From Fibrobacteria bacterium (GTDB lineage: Bacteria; Fibrobacterota; Fibrobacteria; UBA11236): a stretch of 64,000 nt of DNA. The DNA is taken from assembly GCA_041746255.1 (NCBI GenBank), contig JBGTHM010000032.1, positions 1 to 64,000 of the forward strand, written 5' to 3'. The notes below the pieces were generated by a model. The model worked only from the letters and a program-made list of their open reading frames with translations. It searched no databases and was not told the DNA's origin. The position numbers were made by a program, and so were the translations under genes. Shown here piece by piece: positions 22,053 through 31,653 of this stretch (position 1 is its first letter; each line of letters starts with the position of its first letter).

Positions 22053-22516
22053 GTATTTTGGGATTCACCCAAGGTCGGTTTCTTTTTCTGTTTGGGGCGT
22101 AAGGGAGAAGTCGGCGAATACTTGCCGTCTTGGGAATGTCCCACGCTCCAACTGGCAGAATCCCCGGATGTTTCCTTGGAGACGAAGCGGTTCTGCGTCA
22201 AAGCTAATTCCTGGGCCAATTTTTTCATGTCTTCGCGCATTTGCGAAAGCCGCAGGGTGATATAAAGCAACATATAGGTGAATACCATGATGACACAAAG
22301 CAGGACTATGGTGATGTAATGCAGGTGTACTTTTTGAGCTACCCAAAGGAGCAAAGAAGGAAAGAGACCGAAAACCAGGAAGAAGACGCTTAAAGGGAGC
22401 CAAAGTAAGGCGTATTTTTCCTTGAGTGACCCGTTACGGATTAGCAACAAAATACCAAGGGTCAGAAGCAGGGCGCTGCCGCCAAAAATTAGCCGGGCCG
22501 AAAGGTCGATGTTCAT
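22049..22516 (-). CDS. DUF2304 family membrane protein
   Basis: LIRNGSLKEKYALLWL, FGLFP, MKKLAQELAL; overlaps the upstream GT2 as is usual for this family. Confidence 0.85.
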   Translation of the reverse strand: MNIDLSARLIFGGSALLLTLGILLLIRNGSLKEKYALLWLPLSVFFLVFGLFPSLLLWVAQKVHLHYITIVLLCVIMVFTYMLLYITLRLSQMREDMKKLAQELALTQNRFVSKETSGDSASWSVGHSQDGKYSPTSPLRPKQKKKPTLGESQNT

Positions 22517-23241
22517 GGGAATCCGGCGACCTTGATCGATGGAGAGTAGGGATTTTTACGAAAAAAGGAAATGAAAAAAGCCAGCGTTACGGAGAACATG
22601 TAAACACCGGCATGGAATAAACCGATGCTTGAATTTCCGCCCTGGCGTGCTTGCATGGCGACCTGGAAAGGCAGGATGTCGTAACCCGCCCTGATAAGCA
22701 GTACTTCTGTTTCGATTTCCGGAAAATCGGAAGGGAAGAAGCGGATGAATTTTTCCGCAATGTCCCTCCCGAAACAAAGCAGACCGGAGGTGGGATCGGG
22801 TAAATAGCGCCCGGTAAAAATTTTGAAGAGCATGCAAAAATAGAGAGAACCGATTTTTCGAATGCCATTGCTGGTTCCGAGGAATTCACCCCGGGATCTC
22901 GATCCTTGGATCAGTAATCCCGGACGCCAGTTCCGCACCATTTCCGGCAAACATTCGACAGGGTGTTGACCGTCTCCGTCCATGCGGATGAAAAGCGTGT
23001 AACCTTCTTTGACGCAATACTTAACCCCTAATTGCACCGCGCCCCCTATCCCGAGGGTAATTGGGCTTTGCAGTAAAACGGCTCTGGGGTGGCACCTTAC
23101 GATTTCTGCCGTGTCATCGTCGGAATTATCGTCGACCACCACAATATCGGCTTGCGGAAAATATTCGTGCACTGCATGAAGGACTCCGGCGATATTGCTG
23201 GCTTCGTTTCTGGCCGGAATAATGATGGCGGTTTTGTGCAT
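22513..23241 (-). CDS. GT2 polyprenol-phosphate glycosyltransferase (DPM1-like)
   Basis: IIPARNE, VVDDNSDDDT, LGIGGAVQLG, MDGDGQHP, DPTSG, RQGGNS. Confidence 0.9.
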   Translation of the reverse strand: MHKTAIIIPARNEASNIAGVLHAVHEYFPQADIVVVDDNSDDDTAEIVRCHPRAVLLQSPITLGIGGAVQLGVKYCVKEGYTLFIRMDGDGQHPVECLPEMVRNWRPGLLIQGSRSRGEFLGTSNGIRKIGSLYFCMLFKIFTGRYLPDPTSGLLCFGRDIAEKFIRFFPSDFPEIETEVLLIRAGYDILPFQVAMQARQGGNSSIGLFHAGVYMFSVTLAFFISFFRKNPYSPSIKVAGFP

Positions 23242-23342
23242 GCGACATGGATTGCGAAAAAGAGTTGAATCGCGATTCGCTCCTCACCCATCATATCAAG
23301 AAATCAGGGCCGGTGCCAGCAACATTACTCCCCTCCCGGGCA

Positions 23343-24902
23343 CTAAGGGGTGGGTGCAATTCGATACAAAAGCCAGGTACCGGCAGTGTATAAGGGCGGG
23401 TATTCCGGATTAACACCGTATTTTACCAATTGGTCGCAAGAATTATGGCCATCACCCCCGCAAATCGCCAAAATCTCCCCTTCCGTTTGAACTTCCCTCA
23501 GCAAGGGCAGTTCCCATGTTTGATGCAGCGACATAGCGGGTAGACTGGTTTTCAAATGGGAATAGTAACGGTCAGGTGTCAGCAGCGCCCTGGGCGGTTT
23601 TGTGAGGGTTTGGATATGACGATGGACTTCCAGGAAGTTTCCCTGCTCTTGCCGGTAAAGATAGAGGTAGGCATTGGGACTGTGAGTTGCCTGGTTGATC
23701 AGAAGGGAAAGGCTAATCAATAGGATAAATAGGGGTGCACGGCGGAGCGCGCCGCTTCGTTCCATGAGTGTGAAAGGGTATACCAGCGTGAGCAGAAGAA
23801 ATGGAAAATAGGGAAACATATATCGGTAAATATCCGTGGGTATGAAGAATAAAAACGTAGGGACCAGGGACAAAAGCCCGGCCAGTATCCAGGGCCTCAG
23901 TTCAGCTTGGTGTTTCCAAATCAGTGCGCAACCCACCAGCGACCAGGCGAAAACAGCCAAAACAACGAGACGTTTGAAGCGGTTCATCTCGACAAGGTCG
24001 TAAAGGTAGGGAAAGAGGGCCTTCGCATGCATGGAGCCGGCATAGGACCAGAAATTATGGCTGAAATTCTCCCAAATTCGGAGGAGACCCAGGAGCGGAT
24101 CTACCAGCACCGGAAATTTCCGGTTAAATAGGCCGTCGGTATATTGACTCGCACTCAGGTGTTCTCCCAGGCCGGATTCCCACATCATCCATAAGCCAAG
24201 CAGCAGAATTCCGCATAGTACCGACCCCCAGCGTTGCTTCCAGGCTTTTACAAAGAGGAAAGCGAGAAAAAACAGAATGCCAATGACACGCGTCCGGGCT
24301 AATACAAGCCAACAGAGCAGCGCAAGCGCGGAAAAAATTTTGCCTTTGGCGCGGGAGTCCGATTCTTCGTGTCGGTTACTCAGAAGCATTCCGGCATAAA
24401 GTAGTGGAACGAACAAGACCTCCGTCATGATGGAATTAGTGATGGTGATGAACAGGGTGGAAGCCGCCATGGCCAAGCTAAGACAAAATGCGGGCAACAG
24501 ATCCAAGTAGCGATTGAGCCATGCGAAAACAAGTAAGATGCCGCATGAAAGTAAGGCGGCATTAAAAACCTTGAGCCAAGCCAAATGGGGATGGAGAGTG
24601 TGCCAGTAGGCCGATAGTAATATCGGAAAGGCGGTGGGAATTCGTAGCATTCCCGTATTGGGAACGGGAGAGGCGGGATCCAGGAACCCCTTTCCCTCGG
24701 CAAAGCTTTTGGAAAGCGTCATGTATACGCCGCTGTCATTGTGTGCGGGTATGTCGGAACGGAATCCGATGGAAACGAAAATTGCGCACCAAGACAGGAT
24801 GAAAAGGTAGGCTACCAACTTTCCGTATCGCCGGAATAAGGCTGAAAAGCCACCCCAGGGAGGGGATTTGGCAAGGTCGGATGAAAAATGTGTAGTTGCC
24901 AA
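23343..24902 (-). CDS. ArnT/PMT-like GT-C membrane glycosyltransferase
   Basis: NDSGVYMTLSKSFAEGKG, PTAFPILLS, MTEVLF, TRVIG, RYMFP; about 10 or more TM helices; TTG start uncertain. Confidence 0.7.
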   Translation of the reverse strand: MATTHFSSDLAKSPPWGGFSALFRRYGKLVAYLFILSWCAIFVSIGFRSDIPAHNDSGVYMTLSKSFAEGKGFLDPASPVPNTGMLRIPTAFPILLSAYWHTLHPHLAWLKVFNAALLSCGILLVFAWLNRYLDLLPAFCLSLAMAASTLFITITNSIMTEVLFVPLLYAGMLLSNRHEESDSRAKGKIFSALALLCWLVLARTRVIGILFFLAFLFVKAWKQRWGSVLCGILLLGLWMMWESGLGEHLSASQYTDGLFNRKFPVLVDPLLGLLRIWENFSHNFWSYAGSMHAKALFPYLYDLVEMNRFKRLVVLAVFAWSLVGCALIWKHQAELRPWILAGLLSLVPTFLFFIPTDIYRYMFPYFPFLLLTLVYPFTLMERSGALRRAPLFILLISLSLLINQATHSPNAYLYLYRQEQGNFLEVHRHIQTLTKPPRALLTPDRYYSHLKTSLPAMSLHQTWELPLLREVQTEGEILAICGGDGHNSCDQLVKYGVNPEYPPLYTAGTWLLYRIAPTP

Positions 24903-25110
24903 TTTAGTCCAGGTCGTACCCGATTCCGGGAATAAAAGAGACGTATTCGCGGAAGTATACCATGAAAGAGGTGCGCGAATCAGCGAACCCGGAAAAACAC
25001 CTCAGAGGATTTTCACCTGGGATATGAGATGTAATCTCCGACGGACTTGAACTTGTGAAAACCCCGTGATATTCTTGGGTCACGGAAGTAAGGAGTGATG
25101 CAAATAAAAG

Positions 25111-25881
25111 ATGGAATCTCGATTGCAGTATCCTAGACATGCCATTTGGCGTTCATATGTTGAAACCGCACGCCGATTACTACGGCTGGAAAACCCGAAT
25201 CGACCCTATCTCGTCAGTTTCCCCAGGTCCGGGAGTCACTTTATCAGCGTTGCATTGGAAAGGTATTGCGGAGGAGCTTCCCCATTTTCGAACTTTCTTG
25301 GATTGGGAGGGCGTAGTTTATTGATATTCCGTATGCATGCGGGGGATTTTCCCAGCACCCACGACTTGAAATTGACCGAACAATTCCGGAATCTTGTCTA
25401 CCTGTATCGCAACCCAATCGACACGCTATACAGTTTTTTAGAATACGAAGGTATCGCGCAAACCGAAGCTAATATACGGACCCAGACGAATCTTTGGATA
25501 AGCCATCTGGAAAAGTGGATTTTTCGCGAATCTTATTCCAAAAAGAAGCTGATACTTTGCTACGAAAATCTGATTGCGGATTTTCCCGCCGAGTTCGGCA
25601 AGTTATTGGACTTTTTGGGTTTCCCCGTCGATACGGACAGGGTGCAAAATGCGTTGGATGGCGCCAGCAAGGAAGAAATTCAGCGATTAACCATCAAGAA
25701 GGACGCCAAAGTCATTCGGAATGATCCGAGTTATCGGAACGGCAGGGAAATTTTCCTCCGCAGCTTCGGTAGTTCAATTCTCAATTCCATGCCACCCCAA
25801 ATCCTTGCCCTGCTTGAAAAGGATGCGCAAAAGACGCGGGTGGGATCGGTAGCGAAGCTTCTTAATCGAGAAGCCTTGTAA
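25111..25881 (+). CDS. PAPS-dependent sulfotransferase domain protein
   Basis: SFPRSGSHF (5'-PSB loop), YLYRNPIDTLYS (3'-PB), YENL..D, LLDFLG. Confidence 0.85.
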   Translation: MESRLQYPRHAIWRSYVETARRLLRLENPNRPYLVSFPRSGSHFISVALERYCGGASPFSNFLGLGGRSLLIFRMHAGDFPSTHDLKLTEQFRNLVYLYRNPIDTLYSFLEYEGIAQTEANIRTQTNLWISHLEKWIFRESYSKKKLILCYENLIADFPAEFGKLLDFLGFPVDTDRVQNALDGASKEEIQRLTIKKDAKVIRNDPSYRNGREIFLRSFGSSILNSMPPQILALLEKDAQKTRVGSVAKLLNREAL

Positions 25882-26361
25882 TCATTCGGCTAAATTTCGT
25901 AAATAGCAATCCAATTCATCGAAAAGACGGGTTGGGCTTTGCATCTCGAAGGGTTTCGGGGGCTGACTCACCTTGAGAGCATCAAGGGTCGCACCCAAAT
26001 CGGCGATGTCGGTGATTACCGGGAACCCCGCCCTGGCCGAAAGCGCGAGGGAAAAAGGGATTTGGTGATCATCTATACACTCCCCGTAACGCGATTGTCG
26101 AGGAACCACTATCAAATGCTTTCTTTGTCGCAGGGCATCGAGAATACCTACGCTTCCGTGGGAAACCACGATGTCCGCCATGCGGATATCCTCCTGGATA
26201 TCCTCCTTGAATTTGAATGCGAGTGCGTGACGGGGTTGGTATTTGGAACTGCCGATTTGAATGAGCACCTTCAATTGAGGCCATGTTGCGGAATACGCAT
26301 CCAATGCCTGCACGAGTCGGTCGAATCCGGAAGTATGCATTCCTACCATTCCAAAAATCAT
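25882..26361 (-). CDS. PssE/Cps14G (Alg13-like) glycosyltransferase subunit
   Basis: MIFGMVG..FDRLV, IQIG, ADIVVSHG, IVVPR...GECIDDHQ. Confidence 0.9.
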   Translation of the reverse strand: MIFGMVGMHTSGFDRLVQALDAYSATWPQLKVLIQIGSSKYQPRHALAFKFKEDIQEDIRMADIVVSHGSVGILDALRQRKHLIVVPRQSRYGECIDDHQIPFSLALSARAGFPVITDIADLGATLDALKVSQPPKPFEMQSPTRLFDELDCYLRNLAE

Positions 26362-26411
26362 TTTAATTGCTTCCTATACTCCAAATTTTATCGGTGCCAC
26401 TCTTAGAGGGT

Positions 26412-27851
26412 CTACTGGACCTCATGATAATTCGCATTCCTGCGATACCGAAACCCCATCCATATTAACATGAATAGGCCAAAAGTAGGCAACAGGTATT
26501 TCTCAAGTCCGGACAAGAAGCCCGCGTACGCTAAAATACCCCCTCCAACCATGAGGAAATACTCCGGGAAAAAGTTGTAATGGGCAACCGTCCGGATGAC
26601 GGTCAAGCGAACGAGATTTATTATGAAATTCACCACCGCAAGGCACAATCCTAATGCGATGAGATTTTTAGTTAAGTACAAAGCCAAGGCTACGGCTAAA
26701 ATTGAAGCAAGGATATGCATAGTTTCGATACGGGTGGAATAAGTTTCGCCACCCCGGCCACCTAAAAAGGGAATTGAGAAAAACCTGGGAAATTCCAAAA
26801 ATTGAGAGGCTATTAGAAGTCCGAAAAGTACACGATAAGGCAATAATTCCGTGCCGTATAGTGAAAGCAGAAATTCGGCAGCGGTCCATAAAAAAAGAGC
26901 GATACCGAATGCAGTTATTCCGATGATGCGAAAATAATCCTGGTTGGATGCGGAAAGCAATTTCGAAGATATGGAACTCTTTGCAGCGGACCATGAGAAA
27001 AAGGCATGTGACAAGGGAAACAAAAAGACAAATCCGACCGCACTCCAGGAAAACAGAATGGAAAACAGGGACGTTTCCCTTTCTGTAAGATAGTGATGCA
27101 CTAAAAGGATTAACATTTGAGTTGTAAATACCGTTCCCAATCCCGGAATCCAAAGCCACAAGCCTAGTCGAAATGTTTCCGACTTGGACTTGACGGAAAG
27201 AGCGGATCTTTCCGCGGATCGCAATGAAAATAGGACCAAGGCAAGAATTGGAAAGGCGGTCAAAAAGACCAACCCGTTTGCCAGCAGCAAAAGGTTCCAA
27301 AATTCCATTCGAACCGTGGCTGCGATGATGCATATCGTACCCATGGCAGTGGCCGATATCACGCTGACCAACAGAGTCAGGTCCATTCGCTGCAGGCCAT
27401 TCAAAATGGCGACACTCATCGCTCGCACCGTAGAGGCGGCGTACCATAAAGCAAACCATCCCAGCAGCGCGGGGATGGGCAAATCCGGACGGACGGAGGC
27501 GTATATCGCTATTACCGGCACGGGTAAGCTACACATTCCCACCAGGGTGAAGGATGCCTTTGCCTGAGCAATGGCATTTCGAGGATTCGCTGCTATTTTC
27601 TGGGTAGTGGCGGCATTGAGCCCAAAATCAAGAAAAAGTTGCGCCAGAACTATCAAGCTGATGTAATAGACGAAGTGGCCATGGAGGGAGGTTCCGTAAA
27701 TCCGCACCAGGGTAAGGTTCAGAAGTAAAAGCACCAGGTTTTCCAGACCGTTTGCGAAGATCAAGAATAGAGCATTGAATCGAAATCGGCGCACAGGAGG
27801 GGAGGCGGTTCCGGGATTCTCAGATGGGTATCCGGGTGGAGGTGGAAGCAT
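26412..27851 (-). CDS. Wzx/MOP-family oligosaccharide flippase
   Basis: About 12-13 TM helices; LVRIYG...G, LDFGLNAA, ILNGLQRM; start uncertain. Confidence 0.75.
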   Translation of the reverse strand: MLPPPPGYPSENPGTASPPVRRFRFNALFLIFANGLENLVLLLLNLTLVRIYGTSLHGHFVYYISLIVLAQLFLDFGLNAATTQKIAANPRNAIAQAKASFTLVGMCSLPVPVIAIYASVRPDLPIPALLGWFALWYAASTVRAMSVAILNGLQRMDLTLLVSVISATAMGTICIIAATVRMEFWNLLLLANGLVFLTAFPILALVLFSLRSAERSALSVKSKSETFRLGLWLWIPGLGTVFTTQMLILLVHHYLTERETSLFSILFSWSAVGFVFLFPLSHAFFSWSAAKSSISSKLLSASNQDYFRIIGITAFGIALFLWTAAEFLLSLYGTELLPYRVLFGLLIASQFLEFPRFFSIPFLGGRGGETYSTRIETMHILASILAVALALYLTKNLIALGLCLAVVNFIINLVRLTVIRTVAHYNFFPEYFLMVGGGILAYAGFLSGLEKYLLPTFGLFMLIWMGFRYRRNANYHEVQ

Positions 27852-27958
27852 TCCGCTATTGTACCATCCTCTAAACGGCAATTGAATCTCCCGCACCGAC
27901 CGTTTTATAATGGGATGGAAGAAATTGGGTTGCAAGCGCGGATCTTCCGGGAAGCGGC

Positions 27959-28987
27959 ATGGCTGGAAATTTCGGAAACAGGGTTTTGGCCGTTGTCGTT
28001 AATTACAACGGTGGGAGGGCGGTAGCGAGATGCCTACAATCGCTACTCGATCAGACTTATTCCGATTTGGAGATAGTGGTCGTGGACAATGCATCGACGG
28101 ACGGATCCGAGGCTGCTATCGTTAAAGAGTTCCCGTCGGTTCGTCTCATCAGAAATCAATCCAATTCGGGATGGGGGAATGCCTGCAATATGGGTCTAGA
28201 AAAGGGTGAAAGCCATTACGTGGCTTTGGTCAACAATGACGCTTGGCTTGACCGGGATTGCATTTCGGAAATGGTGGCAGCGATTCAAAAACGACCGGAA
28301 TATGGATCCTGCGCCAGTAAAATACTGACGGCGGATGGCGCCAAGATTGAAGCCTGCGGACTCAATATTGTACTGGATGGTTCGTCCTGCGGCCGAGGTC
28401 GCCTGTTGCCCACTGACAGGTTGGACGAGGAGAAAGAGGTTTTTTGCGCCAATGATTGCTGTTGCCTCTACAAGCGGACCATGCTGGACGAAATCGGAGG
28501 GTACGATCCCGATTTTTTCATTTATTGTGACGAAACTGATATGGGCTATCGACATCAAATGGCCGGGTGGAAGTGCATTTATTCGCCTTCGGCGCTGGCC
28601 TTTCACTCCCATTCGTTGGCGGCGGGAAGTTATAGTCCTTTCAAGGCCTTTTATGTCGAACGCAACCGCCTGCTTTTACTCTGGAAACATTTTCCAGTGA
28701 GTATGATTCCAGGCGCATTTTGGCATGCTTTCCAACGGTTTTTGCTGCAGGTTTGGTTGTCGGAGAGAAATAAAAAAGGTGCGCTGGCACATTTTCGCAA
28801 GGAGCATTCGCTCCTCAATGGTTTGAGTATACTGATGCGTGCGCATCTGAGTGCATTGATGCTGCTGCCGCGCATGTTGAAACGCCGAAAAGCAGCCGCC
28901 CGAATCCGCCGAATGCCTACTCAGGAATTTAGGCAATTGTTCCGGCGATTCGGGATTTCCACTCTGGAGATGGCCCGCTATGAGTGA
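27959..28987 (+). CDS. GT2 family glycosyltransferase
   Basis: VVVNYNG, VVDNASTDGS, NNDA, GGYDPDFFIYCDETD, YVERNR. Confidence 0.92.
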   Translation: MAGNFGNRVLAVVVNYNGGRAVARCLQSLLDQTYSDLEIVVVDNASTDGSEAAIVKEFPSVRLIRNQSNSGWGNACNMGLEKGESHYVALVNNDAWLDRDCISEMVAAIQKRPEYGSCASKILTADGAKIEACGLNIVLDGSSCGRGRLLPTDRLDEEKEVFCANDCCCLYKRTMLDEIGGYDPDFFIYCDETDMGYRHQMAGWKCIYSPSALAFHSHSLAAGSYSPFKAFYVERNRLLLLWKHFPVSMIPGAFWHAFQRFLLQVWLSERNKKGALAHFRKEHSLLNGLSILMRAHLSALMLLPRMLKRRKAAARIRRMPTQEFRQLFRRFGISTLEMARYE

Positions 28988-30116
28988 AAAACCCATGATT
29001 CAGATGTACTCCCCCGACCTTGGAGAAGAAGAGTTGGAGGCGGTACGCAGGGTTTTCCAGTCACGCTGGATAGGGAGCGGCAAGGAATGTGAAGCTTTTG
29101 AATCGGAATTGGGCGCGTTTTGGCGCACTGAAAACGTTCTCCTGTTGAATAATTGCACTGCCGGGCTTTTCCTCGCTATGAAATTACTGGAAATAGGTTC
29201 CGGTCACGAAGTAATTCTCTCCTCCATCAATTTTGTGGGCTGCGCCAACGCGGTTTTAGCGGCGGGAGCCACGCCTGTTTTCGCGGATGTGGATCCGGTT
29301 TCCTTCACGATTCTCCCCGATGAAATCGAGCGTCTAAAAACTCCGAGGACAAAGGCCGTAATTGTTTTGCATTATGGAGGGCATGCCGCTCCGTTCGAGA
29401 GCATACGAGAAGCTGCAGGAGAGGGGGTTTTTCTCATCGAGGATGCCGCCAATGCGCCAGCTTCCGATTATAACGGGCGCGCATGTGGGACGCTTGGTGA
29501 CATTGGAGTATTCAGTTTCGATGCCATGAAGGCATTGTCCATGGGGGATGGTGGTGCGATTATTGTGCGCGATCCTTATTTGTATCACAAAGCCAAGGCT
29601 TTGCGGTACCTTGGATTCAAAGACAAAGCCGTGGCGGGTTTTTCCACTTTCCAGCAGGGGGGGAATCGTTGGTGGGAATTCGACGTGGAGGCCGCAGCCG
29701 GACGATACATTTCCAACGATATTTTGGCTTCGATCGGAAGGGTTCAATTGCTCCGATTGCCGGAATTCATCCAAAGACGAAAATCAATATGGGAGCGTTA
29801 CCAAAGGGAATTGCTCACTATCCCAGAAGTGATTCTGCCTCCCGAACCTCTCGAAGGTACCACCAGTTCCTATTACATGTATTGGATCCGGGTAGAGAAA
29901 CGTCGCGATGAATTGGCGATTTGCCTTGCCGAAAGAGGAATTTACACCGCCTTCCGGTATTTCCCCCTGCATCTGGTGCCGTTTTATGAATGCAACCAGC
30001 CGTTGAAAACCTCGGAATTATTGCGGGAAACGGGCTTGAATTTGCCTCTGCATCCTAATCTTACGGAAAATGACGTCGAACGGGTTATTGTCTCCCTGAG
30101 GGCTTTCTTTGGTTGA
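28980..30116 (+). CDS. DegT/DnrJ/EryC1/StrS nucleotide-sugar aminotransferase
   Basis: NCTAGL, GATPVFADVD, TKAVIVLHYGG, IEDAA, SFDAMK (PLP Lys), LPLHP. Confidence 0.93.
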   Translation: MSEKPMIQMYSPDLGEEELEAVRRVFQSRWIGSGKECEAFESELGAFWRTENVLLLNNCTAGLFLAMKLLEIGSGHEVILSSINFVGCANAVLAAGATPVFADVDPVSFTILPDEIERLKTPRTKAVIVLHYGGHAAPFESIREAAGEGVFLIEDAANAPASDYNGRACGTLGDIGVFSFDAMKALSMGDGGAIIVRDPYLYHKAKALRYLGFKDKAVAGFSTFQQGGNRWWEFDVEAAAGRYISNDILASIGRVQLLRLPEFIQRRKSIWERYQRELLTIPEVILPPEPLEGTTSSYYMYWIRVEKRRDELAICLAERGIYTAFRYFPLHLVPFYECNQPLKTSELLRETGLNLPLHPNLTENDVERVIVSLRAFFG

Positions 30117-30855
30117 GCCCGAAGTCGAAGTCTCGGAAGATTGGCTTGTTGCGGCTAAGCGGTTCTACCACCGCGAAGCGGTAGAAAAAAAATCCGGTGG
30201 AATCCGGTCGCAATTCGTCCAGAATTACCGTGCCTTGGCAAAAAGAATGGAATTGCAGGGCGAGTCCAAGCTATTGGATGCCGGCTGCGGTTGCGGGGAA
30301 GTAATTGAGGCCATGCAAGGCTCAGGGATTACTGTCGTGGGAGTGGACATATCAATTACTTCTCTCCAGGAGACCCGAAAGTCATGTCCCAATTCCCTTT
30401 TGGTATGCGCCGATTTGCATCAGCTTCCCTTTCGCGACGGTATTTTCCAAGGGCTGACCGCTATTTCCAGCTTGGAATTTTGCCGCAATCGTAATCGTTC
30501 CTGGCAGGAGATGGTCCGCACACTAGCCCCTAAAGCGCGGGCCTATGTAGAAGGGCGAAATGGGGATTTCATCTTTTATCGGTTAGTGGCTCCTATACGG
30601 GCTATTCTCGAAGGTTGGGGTATGCTGGCATCATACCCGGCCGAAGGTTTTCGCGACATGAAACTATTCGAGTGGGAAGAGCTATTCAAAAAAGGACAAG
30701 TTAAATTAAAAAAAAGGATGGACTCGCTATGGCCTTGGAATTATGGAGGTTTCGGCACTCGGGCAAAAAACATCCTGATTCACATATGTAAAACCTTTCT
30801 TTCCCGGAAGCACCATTATTTGATCGGATATTTGTTGGAAAAAAATATCGATTAA
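30109..30855 (+). CDS. Class I SAM-dependent methyltransferase
   Basis: LLDAGCGCG, VGVDIS, ADLHQLPFRDG. Confidence 0.85.
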   Translation: MVEPEVEVSEDWLVAAKRFYHREAVEKKSGGIRSQFVQNYRALAKRMELQGESKLLDAGCGCGEVIEAMQGSGITVVGVDISITSLQETRKSCPNSLLVCADLHQLPFRDGIFQGLTAISSLEFCRNRNRSWQEMVRTLAPKARAYVEGRNGDFIFYRLVAPIRAILEGWGMLASYPAEGFRDMKLFEWEELFKKGQVKLKKRMDSLWPWNYGGFGTRAKNILIHICKTFLSRKHHYLIGYLLEKNID

Positions 30856-30904
30856 GTTCCACGTGGACTCCCAAATTATTCGACACTTCCGCATGGCGTT
30901 GATT

Positions 30905-31348
30905 TTAAAAAACCCCGCCGTAGTATTCTGCTTTTGGGCCCAGAGAACCTAGACTTTCCGGGTTTTGCACAAAAAAGCGATCGCTGAAATGATAAAGGAT
31001 CCGACCCGTATAGGTGATATTCTCAAAACGGGTAATGGTTTCCAGATATACGGTCTTTATGCGAAGTAGCTTTGCTAGGAGAAAGACTGGTATAGCGATT
31101 TCGGATCCCGTGCTTATTACGACTCTAGGCCGTTCCCGGAGAAGGATAAAAAAAACTTTGGCAAAGGCGATGGGCGTTTCCCAAAGGCGGGCGGGAAAAA
31201 CCGGCAATACGTAATGACGGTAGGGAAGAGCGCGTACTCGGGCATAATCGTACGATATAATGAAAAAATCATGCTTTTCCAGCACAGGGAGCAGAAATAG
31301 CACTTCGGTCAAATGCCCCCCTTCGGAGGCGACGACGCATATTTTCAT
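30905..31348 (-). CDS. PssD/Cps14F (Alg14-like) glycosyltransferase subunit
   Basis: VASEGGHLTE, RERPRVVISTGSEIAIP, YLETITR, TGRILY, FFVQ. Confidence 0.92.
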   Translation of the reverse strand: MKICVVASEGGHLTEVLFLLPVLEKHDFFIISYDYARVRALPYRHYVLPVFPARLWETPIAFAKVFFILLRERPRVVISTGSEIAIPVFLLAKLLRIKTVYLETITRFENITYTGRILYHFSDRFFVQNPESLGSLGPKAEYYGGVF

Positions 31349-31462
31349 TTCCACCGATTGGCCACAATCAAACAGGCTCCTTAATCCTAGCATGCATTAT
31401 AGGTCGGTTACCATACGATTTTTGAGTTGAAATATTTCCTACGTAGACATTATAATCATCGA

Positions 31463-31648
31463 ATGAGACTCGAATTCCTTGGATTACTCATGCTAGTCCC
31501 CGCTCCAACTTGGGCATATGTCGATCCGGGAGCGGGTAGCTATCTCATTCAGATGCTGCTTGCGGGAATTCTGGGAAGTTTATTCGCATTCAAAAATTAT
31601 TGGACGCTTTTGTGGCAGCGGCTTCGGGATAAATTCCGCAAGCATTGA
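31463..31648 (+). CDS. Small membrane peptide (61 aa) with signal-like N-terminus and YVDPGAGS motif
   Basis: MRLEFLGLLMLVPAPTWA|YVDPGAGSYLIQMLLAGILGSLFAF..basic tail; similar to 58930-59208; abuts the next gene. Confidence 0.8.
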   Translation: MRLEFLGLLMLVPAPTWAYVDPGAGSYLIQMLLAGILGSLFAFKNYWTLLWQRLRDKFRKH

Positions 31649-31653
31649 CCTGC

